Source: an uncultured Chloroflexia bacterium
GTDB taxonomy: Bacteria; Chloroflexota; Anaerolineae; B4-G1; SLSP01
Length of the DNA: 64,000 nucleotides
Reading direction: 5' to 3'
NCBI GenBank assembly: GCA_963751345.1
Contig: CAVVUS010000014.1
Location: 1-64,000, forward strand
Below the pieces are notes generated by a model. The model worked only from the letters and a program-made list of their open reading frames with translations, had not been told where the DNA came from and ran no database searches. The position numbers were made by a program, and so were the translations under genes. Shown here in pieces: positions 42,434 through 53,703 of the stretch. Within the stretch, counting starts at the first letter, position 1; every line of letters begins with the position of its first letter.

Positions 42434-44206
42434 CTATCGAAAGATGGGCGCCGGCAACGCGTCGATGCACGAGGCATCCAGCTCTGCCGTAGGGTCGTCG
42501 ATGAACTGAAGCCCGATCTCGAGCCCACACGCATTTGCGCGCATCACGCCATGTCCCAGGCCGGGAAACTCATAGAAGCGGCTGTTGGGCAGTGCCTCGG
42601 CGGTGCTGCGCCCCCACTCGGGCGGCGTGATGGGGTCGAACTGCCCTGCAAAGACCAATGCGGGCACGTCGGACACCACAGCCTGCGCCTCAATCGCATC
42701 GGCGGGCGCCACCTGCCACTCCGCGCATAGATCGAAATGGAACTTGGCGAAGGCGTCGACGTAGTAGTCCACCACCGGGGCAGGTAGGCCTGCAGCCGCT
42801 GCCTGGGCGTGCGCATAGGTGTCAAACGGGATCTCTTCGTGACATTGAATGCAGTAGAAGACCGCCAGGTTGATATCCGGGACGTAGGAGAGGGCCGGGG
42901 CCATCGAGCGCACGAAGTTGAGCTTATCCGTCGTGCGTGTCCTGGATGAGCGTCGGGAGATCGCCAACGGTCTCGCCCGAATAGAGCAAGAGGTAGGCAA
43001 TCTCCATGAAACCGCCTCCGTCGAGCACCACGCTACCGAAATCGTACTTGAATGTCTCCGGCGCCCGGTTGAGCGAGTCCACCACCTCGTAGAACGTCGT
43101 CTCGAGGTCGGGATAGCGCGTGCGGCAATCTGCGTCCGTACGGCAGCTCTCGAAGACCACGTCGAAAGCCCGCACGGCATCGAGCGCGTATTCGCTGTAA
43201 TAGTCGACCTGCGGCGGATAGACGGAGTCGAGAATGATGCTACGCACGCCTTCCGGGAAGTCGCGGATCAGGTCGAGGCCAAAGCGCGTGCCGTAGGAGG
43301 TGCCGTAGTAGTTAGCCTGTTCGTAGCCCAGGGCGACTCGCAGGTCATTGGCGTCGGCTGCATTGACCGCGCTGTTGTACATATTGAGGTCGATACCTTG
43401 TATCAACAGATCGTCCTGACACGCCAGCCAGAAGTCCTTCTGCTGCCGTATAGCGTTCGACCCAGCTCATCGGCTGACCGACCAGGTCGCGCATCAGTTC
43501 CGTGTATCCCGGACACGCCAATGCCGGCTCGGTGAACGTGACGCCGCGCTGATTGTAGAAGATGAAGTCACGATGAGCCAGGACGCCGTCAATGACGGCC
43601 TGATAGTATTCGAACTGCGCGGTCTCAAGTTGGTTGGCGCCCCCGCCTCCCGTCAGATAGATCAGGGGATCGGGTTGAGGGTCGGTGCTCGTGCTCTTGA
43701 GAATGAGGACCGGCAGGTGAACTTGGGGGCCCTCCGGTGTCGACCGGTCCTCCGGGCACGATCAAGGTGCCGCATTCGTAGACATAGCTCTCTGGGATCT
43801 CGATAGGACACGCGGACGGCTCGAAGGTCACCGTGTACCCGCCATCGGTGGTCACGACGCGCGTTGCCGGCGTGGGGATGGGCGTACCGGTAGGGACAGG
43901 CGTAGGTGTGGGTGGCACGGGCGTCGCGGTTGGCGACGCCGTAGGGACAGCTGTGGCCACCTGCACGGGTAAGGTCACCGAAGGCGGCACGCGAGTGGTT
44001 GTATTGGCTGCTGTCAGAGGCACCGGCGCGATCGGCGCCTGTTGGCATGCCATCAGCAAGAGTATCGATAGCAACCAGATCACGAATTTCGCAAACGGGG
44101 CGCAGCGTGAAGCACCCTTACCACGCCAGCAAGAATGTGCTGTCACGACTACCTCCGCGTGTTGTCCAAAACAAGAATTACAATCTTTATGAAATGTCCG
44201 CGCCAT
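42434..44206 (-). CDS. Alpha/beta hydrolase lipoprotein with TAP-like C-terminal domain (several frameshifts; start uncertain)
   Basis: LLMAC lipobox, Pro/Thr linker, YECGTLIVP, YYGTSYGTR nucleophile motif, AGQFDPITP, GLGHG. Confidence 0.75.
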
Positions 44207-44268
44207 TCTAGCCGGAATGCCCCGCTTGTGCTACCATCAAGCTATCCTGATATCGAGGTCCAATCTGA

Positions 44269-45549
44269 ATGCAGCTTTCTGCCGTGATGCGCGGCCTGCG
44301 CGCCAACTCGAGGTGGTTGCGACCAGCGCAGCTCTCGCTTGAGAATCGCAACATCCTCTACTTTACGATTGATACCGCCCTCCAGGGACTGATGATGGGC
44401 GGAGTCTTCAGCTTTATCTCCGTCTTTATCGTCCGGCTGGGCGCCACGGAACTCCAGACCAGCTTGCTCACCTCGCTGCCCGCCATCGTGATGACGCTCG
44501 CCGCCATTCCTTCCGGACAGCTCATTCAGCGCCAGCGCGACCTCGTCCGGTTCACCAACATCGTGCGCGCCTTCCACCGCGGTTCGATTCTGCTGGTCGC
44601 CCTGCTGCCCTTCATGGTGCACACCGCCTTGATCGAGGTCATCATCGTCGTGTGGACGGTGAAGGCGATCTCCAACGCAATGCTCGATCCGTCGTGGACG
44701 GCCGTTATCGCGGAGCTGATCCCGCCTGCGCGCCGGGCCCGGGTCAATGGAATGCGCTGGACGATCATGAGCGTCGTGACAGCGGTCTCCGTGGCAATCT
44801 TCGGGTTTATGCTCGACCAGCTCCCCTTTCCCCTCAATTATCAACTGGTCTTCCTGATCTCGTTCGTAGGCGGGTCGGTCGGCATGATCTACTGGGGCAA
44901 ACTGCGCATGGCCGAGAACGTCCAACTTGATGCGCAGCCCCGGGCATCACGGACTATCGGCCAGCAGCTCCTGGGGTACTGGCGAAGCCTCCGGGTACCG
45001 GCCTTTGTCCGCTATGAGATCACAACGAGTGTTCTTCGCTTGGGGATGAATATGCCGATAGCGCTCTACAGCATCTACTGGATCCGACGCCTCAACGCCT
45101 CCGATCTCTGGATCGGCTGGCAGTCCACGACCAATCAGATTGCCACCATCGTCGGCTACACGTTCTGGGGTAGGATCATCAGCCGAAAGGGTCACTTTCG
45201 CTCTTTGTTGATCTGTACCGCGGGCGTGGGGCTGTATCCGGTGCTGACGGCCATGGTGCCAAGCCAGACGTGGCTCCCTATCATCTCCCTCGTCCAGGGG
45301 TTTTTCATCACCGGGGTGAACCTGGCGTTCTTCGACACCCTGTTAGCCGTCTGTCCATCGGAGCGGCGGCCCACCTACATCGCCGTGAACACGACGCTCG
45401 CCAGCCTGATGATCTTCGTCGCGCCCCTGCTTGGCTCCGCACTGGCAAGCTGGATCGATATCCGGGGCGTCTTCTACACCGCCGCGGTGATCCACGTCGC
45501 CGCGGTCCTGGCGTTCTGGATCTTCAGAGTCGCCGACGAACCGGCCTAG
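44269..45549 (+). CDS. MFS transporter
   Basis: About 12 hydrophobic segments; ELIPPARRARVNG, PSERRPTY. Confidence 0.8.
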   Translation: MQLSAVMRGLRANSRWLRPAQLSLENRNILYFTIDTALQGLMMGGVFSFISVFIVRLGATELQTSLLTSLPAIVMTLAAIPSGQLIQRQRDLVRFTNIVRAFHRGSILLVALLPFMVHTALIEVIIVVWTVKAISNAMLDPSWTAVIAELIPPARRARVNGMRWTIMSVVTAVSVAIFGFMLDQLPFPLNYQLVFLISFVGGSVGMIYWGKLRMAENVQLDAQPRASRTIGQQLLGYWRSLRVPAFVRYEITTSVLRLGMNMPIALYSIYWIRRLNASDLWIGWQSTTNQIATIVGYTFWGRIISRKGHFRSLLICTAGVGLYPVLTAMVPSQTWLPIISLVQGFFITGVNLAFFDTLLAVCPSERRPTYIAVNTTLASLMIFVAPLLGSALASWIDIRGVFYTAAVIHVAAVLAFWIFRVADEPA

Positions 45550-45650
45550 GGCAATCGAGGAGCGCTCTGGCTTCCGAGAGATCGCGGGTATCGAAGCCTT
45601 CCGTGAACCAACCGTAGAGCTCGGCTAGATGCTCGCGTGCCTCGGGGTGC
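45546..45650 (-). pseudogene. C-terminal remnant of an adenylate-cyclase/AAA-TPR regulator
   Basis: EAREHLAELYGWFTEGFDTRDLSEARALL matches the typical C-terminus of these proteins; no upstream body. Confidence 0.6.
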
Positions 45651-45800
45651 TCCCATACACATCCAGGTGGAACAGTGCGGGGCGATGATGGTATGGACTG
45701 CGTCAAAGATAAACTGGCGGGCTTTGAGGAAGACTATGATGAGGTCCTCCCCACGGTGCCATAACCGTTGGCAACTCGGGCGCAGTTCGCGCCTATCCAC

Positions 45801-45832
45801 GAGTCCTGAGGGCCACTCAGGACTCTTTTCTT
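45801..45832 (+). terminator. Intrinsic terminator
   Basis: GAGTCCTGAG-GGCCA-CTCAGGACTC followed by TTTTCTT. Confidence 0.65.
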
Positions 45833-45988
45833 GCACCGAAGCAGCAGTACTGCTTCCTTGCCGGGTTGGCGGAGCCCTGTACAATTCCGAGAGGCGGGCA
45901 TAAGGCAGGTCCTCGACTGATGGGCTCACTGCCGGCGTCACGCCATGCTATAGTGCGCCCGAACTAACTCTCAACCGGAGCTACGTCT

Positions 45989-46726
45989 ATGTCAGAAAGC
46001 CTGCGCATGTGGGTCGAGATCTCGTTCAACATCGCCTACCTTGTTGGTGTTTTCGTCCTCATCGTTGCCATGATCCGGCGGCAGCCCACGGTAGCCACCG
46101 AAGATCAACCTTTGACGCGACGATTCATCTGGGCATTTGTGCTACTGGCATCAGGTGACGTCGGGCACGTCGGACTCCGTGTACTCGCCTATGCAATGGG
46201 CGATCTAGGAACCCAGGTCAATCTCTTCGGGCGGTCCGTCGGCCTCGTCGGGCTGGGTGCGCTGTCAACTGCAACCACGGTGACGTTCTTCTATGTCCTG
46301 ATGCTGACAGTCTGGCGCCAACGGTTCGATAAGCCCTACGGCTGGTTCGGCACCCTTTTGTTCGTCGCAGTAGCGGTCCGTCTTGTCATCATGACCTTTC
46401 CCCAGAACGCATGGAACCAGGTCGTGCCGCCGTGGGGATGGTCGATCGCCAGGAACGCCCCCCTGGTCGTCCAGGGCTTGGGGGTTGCCTACCTGGTCCT
46501 CCGTGATGCGAGACAACAACACGATCGTACGTTCGCCAAGATCGGATGGATGATCATCGCCTCCTACGCCTTCTACACTCCGGTGATTCTCTTCGTTCAG
46601 CGCGTGCCCATAGTCGGCATGCTGATGATCCCAAAGACACTGGCTTACATCGCCATTGCCGTGATCGGATATCAGGACTTGTTTCCAGCTCAGGCAGCCA
46701 CGCTCACGGCGGAGCCTGTGGCATAA
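45989..46726 (+). CDS. Conserved multi-TM membrane protein of unknown function
   Basis: About 7 TM; GDVGHVGLR, ARNAP, GMLMIPKT. Confidence 0.7.
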   Translation: MSESLRMWVEISFNIAYLVGVFVLIVAMIRRQPTVATEDQPLTRRFIWAFVLLASGDVGHVGLRVLAYAMGDLGTQVNLFGRSVGLVGLGALSTATTVTFFYVLMLTVWRQRFDKPYGWFGTLLFVAVAVRLVIMTFPQNAWNQVVPPWGWSIARNAPLVVQGLGVAYLVLRDARQQHDRTFAKIGWMIIASYAFYTPVILFVQRVPIVGMLMIPKTLAYIAIAVIGYQDLFPAQAATLTAEPVA

Positions 46727-46737
46727 CGCGGGGTGCT

Positions 46738-47946
46738 ATGAAACGACGGTATATTGTCCTGTTCCTCTTTGTCTTCATCGATGTGCTCGGATTCAGCCTC
46801 ATCCTGCCCCTCCTGCCGTACTACGCCCGGACGTTTGGCGCGACCCCCACTGTGATTGGATTCCTGATCTCGTCCAACGCCCTGACCCAACTCATGACCG
46901 CTCCTATCCTTGGGCGGCTCTCGGATCGCTATGGGCGCCGCCCGCTGCTCATCGTGTGCATCATCGGCACAGCAGTCAGCTTCCTTCTGCTTGGCGCAGC
47001 GAATTCGCTCTTGGTGCTCTTCATCAGCCGTCTCGTCGATGGTCTCCTCGGCGGGAACACCTCTCTGGCCCAGGCCTACGTGTCCGACATCAGCGAGGGC
47101 AAAGACCGCGCCAATGCCATGGGCCTGATCGGTGCTGCCTTTGGCCTCGGGTTCATCTTCGGGCCTGCGATGGGCGGCATCCTCAGCCGGGGCGGTAACT
47201 ATGCGCTACCCGCCTTTGTGAGCGCGGGACTGGCGATTGTGAATCTGATCTCGGTCCTGATCTGGCTGCCGGAGTCACTGACGCCGGAGCGGCGTGCGGC
47301 GCTGCGCGATCACCCCCAGCACCGGACGACCGTCAAGTCGCTCATGGCCTCCTTCAGACGCCGGTACGTCGGCCCCCTGCTGACGATGAGACTCTTTTAC
47401 GGCTTGGCGTTCACGATGTTCGAGACGGTCTTCTCCCTCTATGCCATCGCCCGGTTGGACCTGAATGCACAGAGCACGAGCTACGTCCTCGCCTACGTCG
47501 GCGTCTTGGTTGTGCTGATACAGGGCGGCGGCATCCGCCTGTTGACCAAGAGGGTGAGCGAGACCGCACTTACCTTCTGGGGTTTCGTCCTTATGGCTAT
47601 CTCGTTGCTGGCCTGGGCGCTCGCCCCCAGTCTGTGGGTGCTTCTGATCGTGCTCGTCCCGCTTTCGTTTGCCTCGGGCGTGCTCAACGCCGTGCTCAGC
47701 AGCTTGCTCAGCGAGGTCGTGCCACAGGAGGAGGTGGGCGGCACACTGGGCCTTTCTTCTTCATTGGGTAGTTTTGCCAGGATCATCTCGCCTTCGTTGG
47801 GCGGATGGCTGATCGACGTCCTGGGGGCATGGGCCCCGGGCGTGCTCGGCTCCGCCATTGTGGCCGGTGTGACGCTCTATGCACGACCTCACCTGGCCAC
47901 CATCCGGGATGAAGCCGGTATCTCCGGCGATAAGCCGGCGCCGTAG
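46738..47946 (+). CDS. TetA/DHA1-like MFS efflux transporter
   Basis: GRLSDRYGRRP, AYVSD, GFIFGPAMGG, LPES. Confidence 0.9.
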   Translation: MKRRYIVLFLFVFIDVLGFSLILPLLPYYARTFGATPTVIGFLISSNALTQLMTAPILGRLSDRYGRRPLLIVCIIGTAVSFLLLGAANSLLVLFISRLVDGLLGGNTSLAQAYVSDISEGKDRANAMGLIGAAFGLGFIFGPAMGGILSRGGNYALPAFVSAGLAIVNLISVLIWLPESLTPERRAALRDHPQHRTTVKSLMASFRRRYVGPLLTMRLFYGLAFTMFETVFSLYAIARLDLNAQSTSYVLAYVGVLVVLIQGGGIRLLTKRVSETALTFWGFVLMAISLLAWALAPSLWVLLIVLVPLSFASGVLNAVLSSLLSEVVPQEEVGGTLGLSSSLGSFARIISPSLGGWLIDVLGAWAPGVLGSAIVAGVTLYARPHLATIRDEAGISGDKPAP

Positions 47947-48005
47947 GAGCGCGATCATCCTGGTATCTCGCTATTCACCGTAGCTTACAGTTCGGAGGGC
48001 CACAT

Positions 48006-49394
48006 ATGACAGACACATCACTGGAATCAAGCCTCACTTACGCTCACGAGCACACCGATGCCTTCATCGAGCAGTACAAAGATCTGCTGTGTATCCCGTC
48101 CATCGGCACAGACCCGGCGTATCGCGCGGATGTGCAGCGTGCGGCAGAATGGATTGCCGGCGAGATGGCACGCCTGGGCATCGAGCACTGCCAGGTGTTG
48201 GCGACGGACGGGCAGCCCGCGGTCTATGGCGATTGGCTGCACGCCGGCGACGATGCACCGACGGCGCTCCTCTACGCCCACTACGACGTCCAGCCTGTCG
48301 ACCCGCTCGACCTATGGGTCGCGCCTCCCTTTGAGCCGGATATCCGAGAGGGGAAGCTCTACGCCCGAGGCGTCATCGATGACAAAGCCGGGGTCTTCCT
48401 GCACCTCAAGGCCTTCGAATCGGTTATGGCTGCCGTAGGCAGCCTGCCGGTTAATGTGAAGTTCATCTTCGAGGGCGAGGAGGAAAGCGGCTCTCCCACG
48501 ATGGAGCCTTTCATCAAGGCGCACAAGGATCTGCTTACGGCAGATGTCGCCGTGATCTCAGATGGCGGGTCATCCGACGAAAGCCCGTCGATGATGGCAT
48601 CGGTCCGCGGCATCGTGACGGCTGAGGTCAAGATCCACGGGCCTAAACGGGATCTGCACTCCGGCAGCTTTGGGGGCGTCGTCCACAACCCCACGCACAT
48701 GGTAGGGAAGATCATCGCGGCCCTACACGATGACGAGGGGCGCATTCAGATCCCTGGTTTCTACGACGACGTGGTACCCGTCTCCGCAGCGCAGCAGGCC
48801 CTGATTGAGGCCAATGAGCCGCGTGCGATAGAGCGTGCGAAGGAGGAGACCGGCCTCGAGACCTTCTGGGGTGTGCCGGGGTACTCATACCTGGAGCGCG
48901 CCACGGCACAGCCCACCTGCGACGTCAATGGCATCTACGGCGGCTACCAGGGCATCGGCGCAAAGACCGTGTTGCCGGCTGAAGCCGGTTTCAAGGTGAG
49001 CATGCGCCTCGTCAACAACCAGAGCCCAATCGACATCGCGGAGAAGTTCGCGACCTTCGTCAACAGCTTCGCCTGCGATACGCTGAAGCTCGAAGTGAAG
49101 ATCCTCTCGAGCTCGTGGCCCGCGGAGACCCTTGTCAGCGGCCCGATCGCACAGGCCGTCATCGATGCCTATGCCGACACGTGGGGCCGGGCACCGCGGA
49201 TGGAACGCGCAGGTGGGTCAGTACCGATCATCGGTATGCTGCAACACGTCCTGGACATCCCGGTGACCAGTATGGGGCTCGGTCACGGCAGCAACGGGCA
49301 TTCGCCGAATGAGTACTTCGACCTGGCATACTTTGGCACCAATGTCGATACGGCGATCCACTTCCTGTACAACCTGGCGAAGGTAGGCCGCTAA
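48006..49394 (+). CDS. M20 family dipeptidase
   Basis: YAHYDVQP, ARGVIDDK, EGEEESGS, DLHSG, GGSVP, HSPNE. Confidence 0.9.
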   Translation: MTDTSLESSLTYAHEHTDAFIEQYKDLLCIPSIGTDPAYRADVQRAAEWIAGEMARLGIEHCQVLATDGQPAVYGDWLHAGDDAPTALLYAHYDVQPVDPLDLWVAPPFEPDIREGKLYARGVIDDKAGVFLHLKAFESVMAAVGSLPVNVKFIFEGEEESGSPTMEPFIKAHKDLLTADVAVISDGGSSDESPSMMASVRGIVTAEVKIHGPKRDLHSGSFGGVVHNPTHMVGKIIAALHDDEGRIQIPGFYDDVVPVSAAQQALIEANEPRAIERAKEETGLETFWGVPGYSYLERATAQPTCDVNGIYGGYQGIGAKTVLPAEAGFKVSMRLVNNQSPIDIAEKFATFVNSFACDTLKLEVKILSSSWPAETLVSGPIAQAVIDAYADTWGRAPRMERAGGSVPIIGMLQHVLDIPVTSMGLGHGSNGHSPNEYFDLAYFGTNVDTAIHFLYNLAKVGR

Positions 49395-50011
49395 GAAGCG
49401 ATCGGGGCAAGTTCGCTGTTAATCACCGCAGCAACCATCGGGGCGATGCGCGCGAAGTCGGCATCGCCCCGCACGATCAGATCCGCGTGGACGCGCGAGG
49501 GCTCGACGTAGCGCTGGTGGCCGACCTTCGCCGATTCGAGGTAGTAGGCAGCGATGGATCTAGGGCCCTGATTCGAGATTGGGTCCCCGTGATGTTCTAT
49601 GTTGCGGATCAGACGGCGCAGCGCGCGGGTATCGGCGTCCAGCTCGACGAAGAGACGTAGGTCAAGCCGCTCGCGAATCTCATCCGAGTGCAGGACCATC
49701 AGCCCCTCGACGATCAGAACGTCCGGCGCATCTTCCGCTTGGGAGATGGCATCGAGATCCTCGGCCACCTGGTGGAGGTCAATCGAGTCAGGCCGGTTGT
49801 AGTCGGGCGATCTCTGACCATTGAAAGAGAGCACAAGGGTCGGCATCTCGGGAGAGCCCGGCTTGAAGTAGCTGTCGGTGTGGATGACACGAAGGGTCAT
49901 CGCGGGGCGGAGATCGGTCAGGGCCTGGCACAGTGCGGCAGTAAGCGCGCTCTTCCCGGACGCGGAGCCACCCGCGATGCCGACGATCAGGCTTTTGCCA
50001 TGAGTGTGCAT
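49391..50011 (-). CDS. Uridine kinase family protein
   Basis: VGIAGGSASGKS, HTDSY, IVEG, YVEPSRVHAD. Confidence 0.75.
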   Translation of the reverse strand: MHTHGKSLIVGIAGGSASGKSALTAALCQALTDLRPAMTLRVIHTDSYFKPGSPEMPTLVLSFNGQRSPDYNRPDSIDLHQVAEDLDAISQAEDAPDVLIVEGLMVLHSDEIRERLDLRLFVELDADTRALRRLIRNIEHHGDPISNQGPRSIAAYYLESAKVGHQRYVEPSRVHADLIVRGDADFARIAPMVAAVINSELAPIAS

Positions 50012-50041
50012 TAAATGTCCTTTGCGCAGTGATGTTCTCGT

Positions 50042-51367
50042 CTAGGGTGCGGCATCGTACTCGGCGAGGATGGCGGTCGCCCCGGCGACGTTGCCGGATA
50101 GAAGCGCGTCAACAGCCTGGTCCAACCGTGCATTGACCTCCACGTCGCCGGCGTACTGCCGGCGTGCATCGAGCAATTGCAGGGGAAGTGACAGGTCTAA
50201 GGCGTCATACGGAAAGACCTGGTCGTCGGTCACCCGACGGGTCTCCTGCACCATCTCCAGGTAGCGATAGCCGAACTCCACCGTCGGCTCGATGATCGTG
50301 CCCTCGCCGTAGTCGTTCCACGTGATCAACTGGATCACGTCGGGGTGCTGGCCTAGCGCCATCTCGAGCGTCGCACGGAACGTCTCGCCGTCGCGCGGGT
50401 CCAGATAGCCGTAGGAATCCCCCACACCCGCTTCCTTGTAGATATCCTCGAAGCCCGGGAACGCACCGCCCACCACGTAGTCCCTACGTTCGGCCTTCAG
50501 GTAGAAACTCGAAAGATACTGGTCCAATCGTTCCTCGGTCAACACACCGTTCGTGCCGGCCCACATCGGGGGCCACGGGAAACTCGACGTCGCCGCGGCC
50601 TCGGTGTGGCCATCGAGCGTGACAAAGGCGGGCTGGACGTCCAGCACGGAGAACAACGTCTCCCAGTCGGAGGCCTTGGTGAAATACTGGGGCCCGAAGG
50701 TGAGCAACACCGGCTGCCCGCCGGCCTTCAGGTAGGTCTCATCGCCGAACCAGGTGTCCTGGAGGTAGCGCATGACCTCCTGCCCGTGGGCGAGCGCGTC
50801 CTCGGCCCGCAGGTAGCCGCCGTCGATCATGTGCCCGATGGTCTGGTCCTCGTAGCAGATGGCGAACCGCAGTCCGGCTTTCTTGATGGCCTCAAAGAGC
50901 CTCTGCGTGCTCTCGTTGATGGCGCCGTAATCGTAAACGTCCTTCATCCCATACCAGTCCACGATGACGCCATCGATGCCGCTCACCTTCATCAGCAATG
51001 TCTGGTACTCCAGAATTGCAGGATCGCTTGAGTCATAGGGGCCTGTCAGCGGCGTATAGTGGGAGGCGATCTCGGGCCGGCCCGAGGCATCCACCTGCGT
51101 GGGGTCGAAATGGTTCATCGTCCAGTGCCACCCCCAGACGCCGCTGACGTCGGGCGTTTGGTACCACGGCATGGTGTGCGCCATCAGCAGTGGGCGCTGG
51201 GGCACCGGGGTCTGAGTCGGCGGTGTGGCAGGCGTCGGCGAAACCGCCGGGACCGGCGTCGCCGGTGCGGCGGTCGCGTTACCGGGTGTCACCGGCAGGC
51301 TATGGCATCCTGCGATCACCGAGCCCATGGTGAGAAGGCAGAGCCCTCGAAACAGCCCCTGTAGCAT
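50042..51367 (-). CDS. GH99/GH71-like glycoside hydrolase lipoprotein
   Basis: AAGGAGG RBS, IAGC lipobox, AHTMPWY, IDGVIVDWYG, ITWNDYGEGTIIEP. Confidence 0.7.
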   Translation of the reverse strand: MLQGLFRGLCLLTMGSVIAGCHSLPVTPGNATAAPATPVPAVSPTPATPPTQTPVPQRPLLMAHTMPWYQTPDVSGVWGWHWTMNHFDPTQVDASGRPEIASHYTPLTGPYDSSDPAILEYQTLLMKVSGIDGVIVDWYGMKDVYDYGAINESTQRLFEAIKKAGLRFAICYEDQTIGHMIDGGYLRAEDALAHGQEVMRYLQDTWFGDETYLKAGGQPVLLTFGPQYFTKASDWETLFSVLDVQPAFVTLDGHTEAAATSSFPWPPMWAGTNGVLTEERLDQYLSSFYLKAERRDYVVGGAFPGFEDIYKEAGVGDSYGYLDPRDGETFRATLEMALGQHPDVIQLITWNDYGEGTIIEPTVEFGYRYLEMVQETRRVTDDQVFPYDALDLSLPLQLLDARRQYAGDVEVNARLDQAVDALLSGNVAGATAILAEYDAAP

Positions 51368-51551
51368 CGCCGGCCTCCTTGAAATAGCCCTTCCCTCGTG
51401 CCACATTTGACGCGCCACATCGTCAAGATATCATCGCCATGAATGCCTGGAAGACGAATAGAGCCGGATTCTACGTTGGTTCTATACTCAACACAAATGA
51501 CGCTAAGCCTTGCGAAGGTTCAACGAAAGCCCTACGCAAAAGAGGAGATCT

Positions 51552-53703
51552 ATGCCAGAGCAAATCAACTCACCCATCGTCCTTGAGAACGACTCACTGC
51601 GGCTGACCTTCGACCGCGCGACCGGCGCCCTGACCGGTCTGACCGCCATCGAGACCGGGTGGACGCTGCTCGACCGCCCGCACCTGGGCCTGTCGTTTCG
51701 CCTGCTGGTGCCGCTGCGACGATCGGATGAGGATCTACTCACCGGTCGCCGCGACAACGCCGTCCTGGGCGAAAAACAGACGGTCACGTCCGTCCGAGTC
51801 GCCGAGGATGACCAGAGCGTCACCTTCGTGTGGGACGGTGTGACGTCGGAGCTTGGCGGGCCGATGGACATCAAGCTTACCCTGCAGGTCACACTCTCCG
51901 CACGGCAGGCCATCTTCGCCATGACCGTCGAAAACCATTCCGAGCACATCGTCGAGAACGTCTACTGCCCCTACCTGGGCGACGTGGCGCACCCCGAGGG
52001 CGCGGCGTGGTTCAAGACGTTCATCTACCAATACGCTACGGCGAACGAGTGGTCGCTGTGGCCGACCTTCCAGAACATGCGCGGTTATTTTGGCGTCGAC
52101 TTCCCCACCCAGGTCGCCCAGTGGAGCCCGGGCGTCGGCGCCCCGATGTCACCCTACATCCTGCTGCGCGACGAGGATCAAGGGCTCTACGTCGGCGTGG
52201 CCGAGCCCAGTGCCGAGCTCGTCGCCTGGCACGCCGAGCTGCGGCCCGGCTACGGCAGCTCCATCGACGCCCGCGTATCGGGGGGACAGGTGCCGAATAC
52301 ACGTACGATTTCGGGAAAGGATATCGCCACGCGGTTCGCGGCCGTCCACATTCCCTATATCATGCCGGGCGAGACCCGTGCGCTCACGCCGGTGGCGCTG
52401 GAGGCCTATCAAGGCGGCTGGCAGCAGGGCGTGGACGTCTACAAGCGGTGGCGCAACACGTGGATGACAACCCCCGAGCTGCCCGCGTGGGCCCGCGACC
52501 CGCACGCCTGGCAGCAGATTCACATCAACTCGCCCGAGGACGAGCTGCGCCTCCCGTTCCGCGATCTCATCAAGGTCGGCGAGGAGTGCGCTCGCCACGG
52601 CGTCAAGGCGATCCAGCTCACAGGGTGGACGATCGGGGGCCAGGATCAGGGCAACCCGTCGCACGATCCCGACCCGCGCCTGGGCACCTTCGAGGAACTC
52701 CGCGACGCCATCGCCAAGGTCCAGGCAATGGGCGTCAAGGTGATCCTCTTTGCCAAATTCACCTGGGCCGATCGGGCGACCAAGCGCTTCCGCACCGAGT
52801 TGGTCAAGCACGCGATCAAGGACCCCTACGGCGACTATCAGATGCACCCCGGCTACGAGTACCAGACGATGACCCAGCTCCTCGGGATCAACACGAAGCG
52901 CCTGATCCCGATGTGTTTCCTGAGCGAGAACTATCTGCAGGTCTGCGAGGAGGAGTTCCAGAAGACGCTCGACCTGGGCGCCGATGGCATCCTCTTCGAC
53001 GAATGCCTCCACCACGGCCCGGCGCTGCTCTGCTTCGACGAGAGCCACGGCCACCGCTACGGCGCGCCGGTCTATGCCAACGACCGGCTGCTGATCCAGC
53101 GCTTTGCCGAGATGGCCCATCGCCAGAACCCCGACTTCCTCTTCGCCGCGGAGGCCGCCTACGACTGGGAGTTCGAGGCCTACCACGCCTCTTACCACCG
53201 CAGCGAGAGCAAGCGCCACATCCCGCTGAGCCGCTATATGCTGCCCGACGTCCCGTTGATCACGGCGGTGACCGGCTTCGACGACCGGAATATGGTCAAC
53301 CAGTGCCTGCTCTACCGCTACGCCATCAGCTACGAGCCCTACAACTTCAAGGGTCACCTCGACGACTACCCGCTGACGATGGCCTACGGCGAGCAGATGG
53401 ACGCCCTGCGCACGGAGCTGCGCGGCTATTTCTGGGACGGCGAGTTCCGCCACGAGGTTGGCGCGACCGTCACCGCCGAAGGCGAAGCCGCACCACCCGT
53501 ACGCAGTCTTCATCAACCGCGAGAACGGCAAGCCCGGCGTGGCCGTCGCCAACTACGACGAGGAGGAAACCATCACGGTCCGCGTCTCGGCGGACGACGG
53601 GTCCCCGCTGACTCGCTACCGGCTCGTGGACGACCCGGTGTGGCAGTCGACGAAGGACGGCGTCGTCCTGCCCCCCTGCTCGGCGGCGGTGGTCATTGCG
53701 TAG
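51552..53703 (+). CDS. DUF6259-like putative glycoside hydrolase (frameshift ~53490)
   Basis: AGGAG RBS; N-terminal ENDSLRLTFD beta-sandwich, GWTIGGQDQGNPSHDPD, GADGILFDE. Confidence 0.6.
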
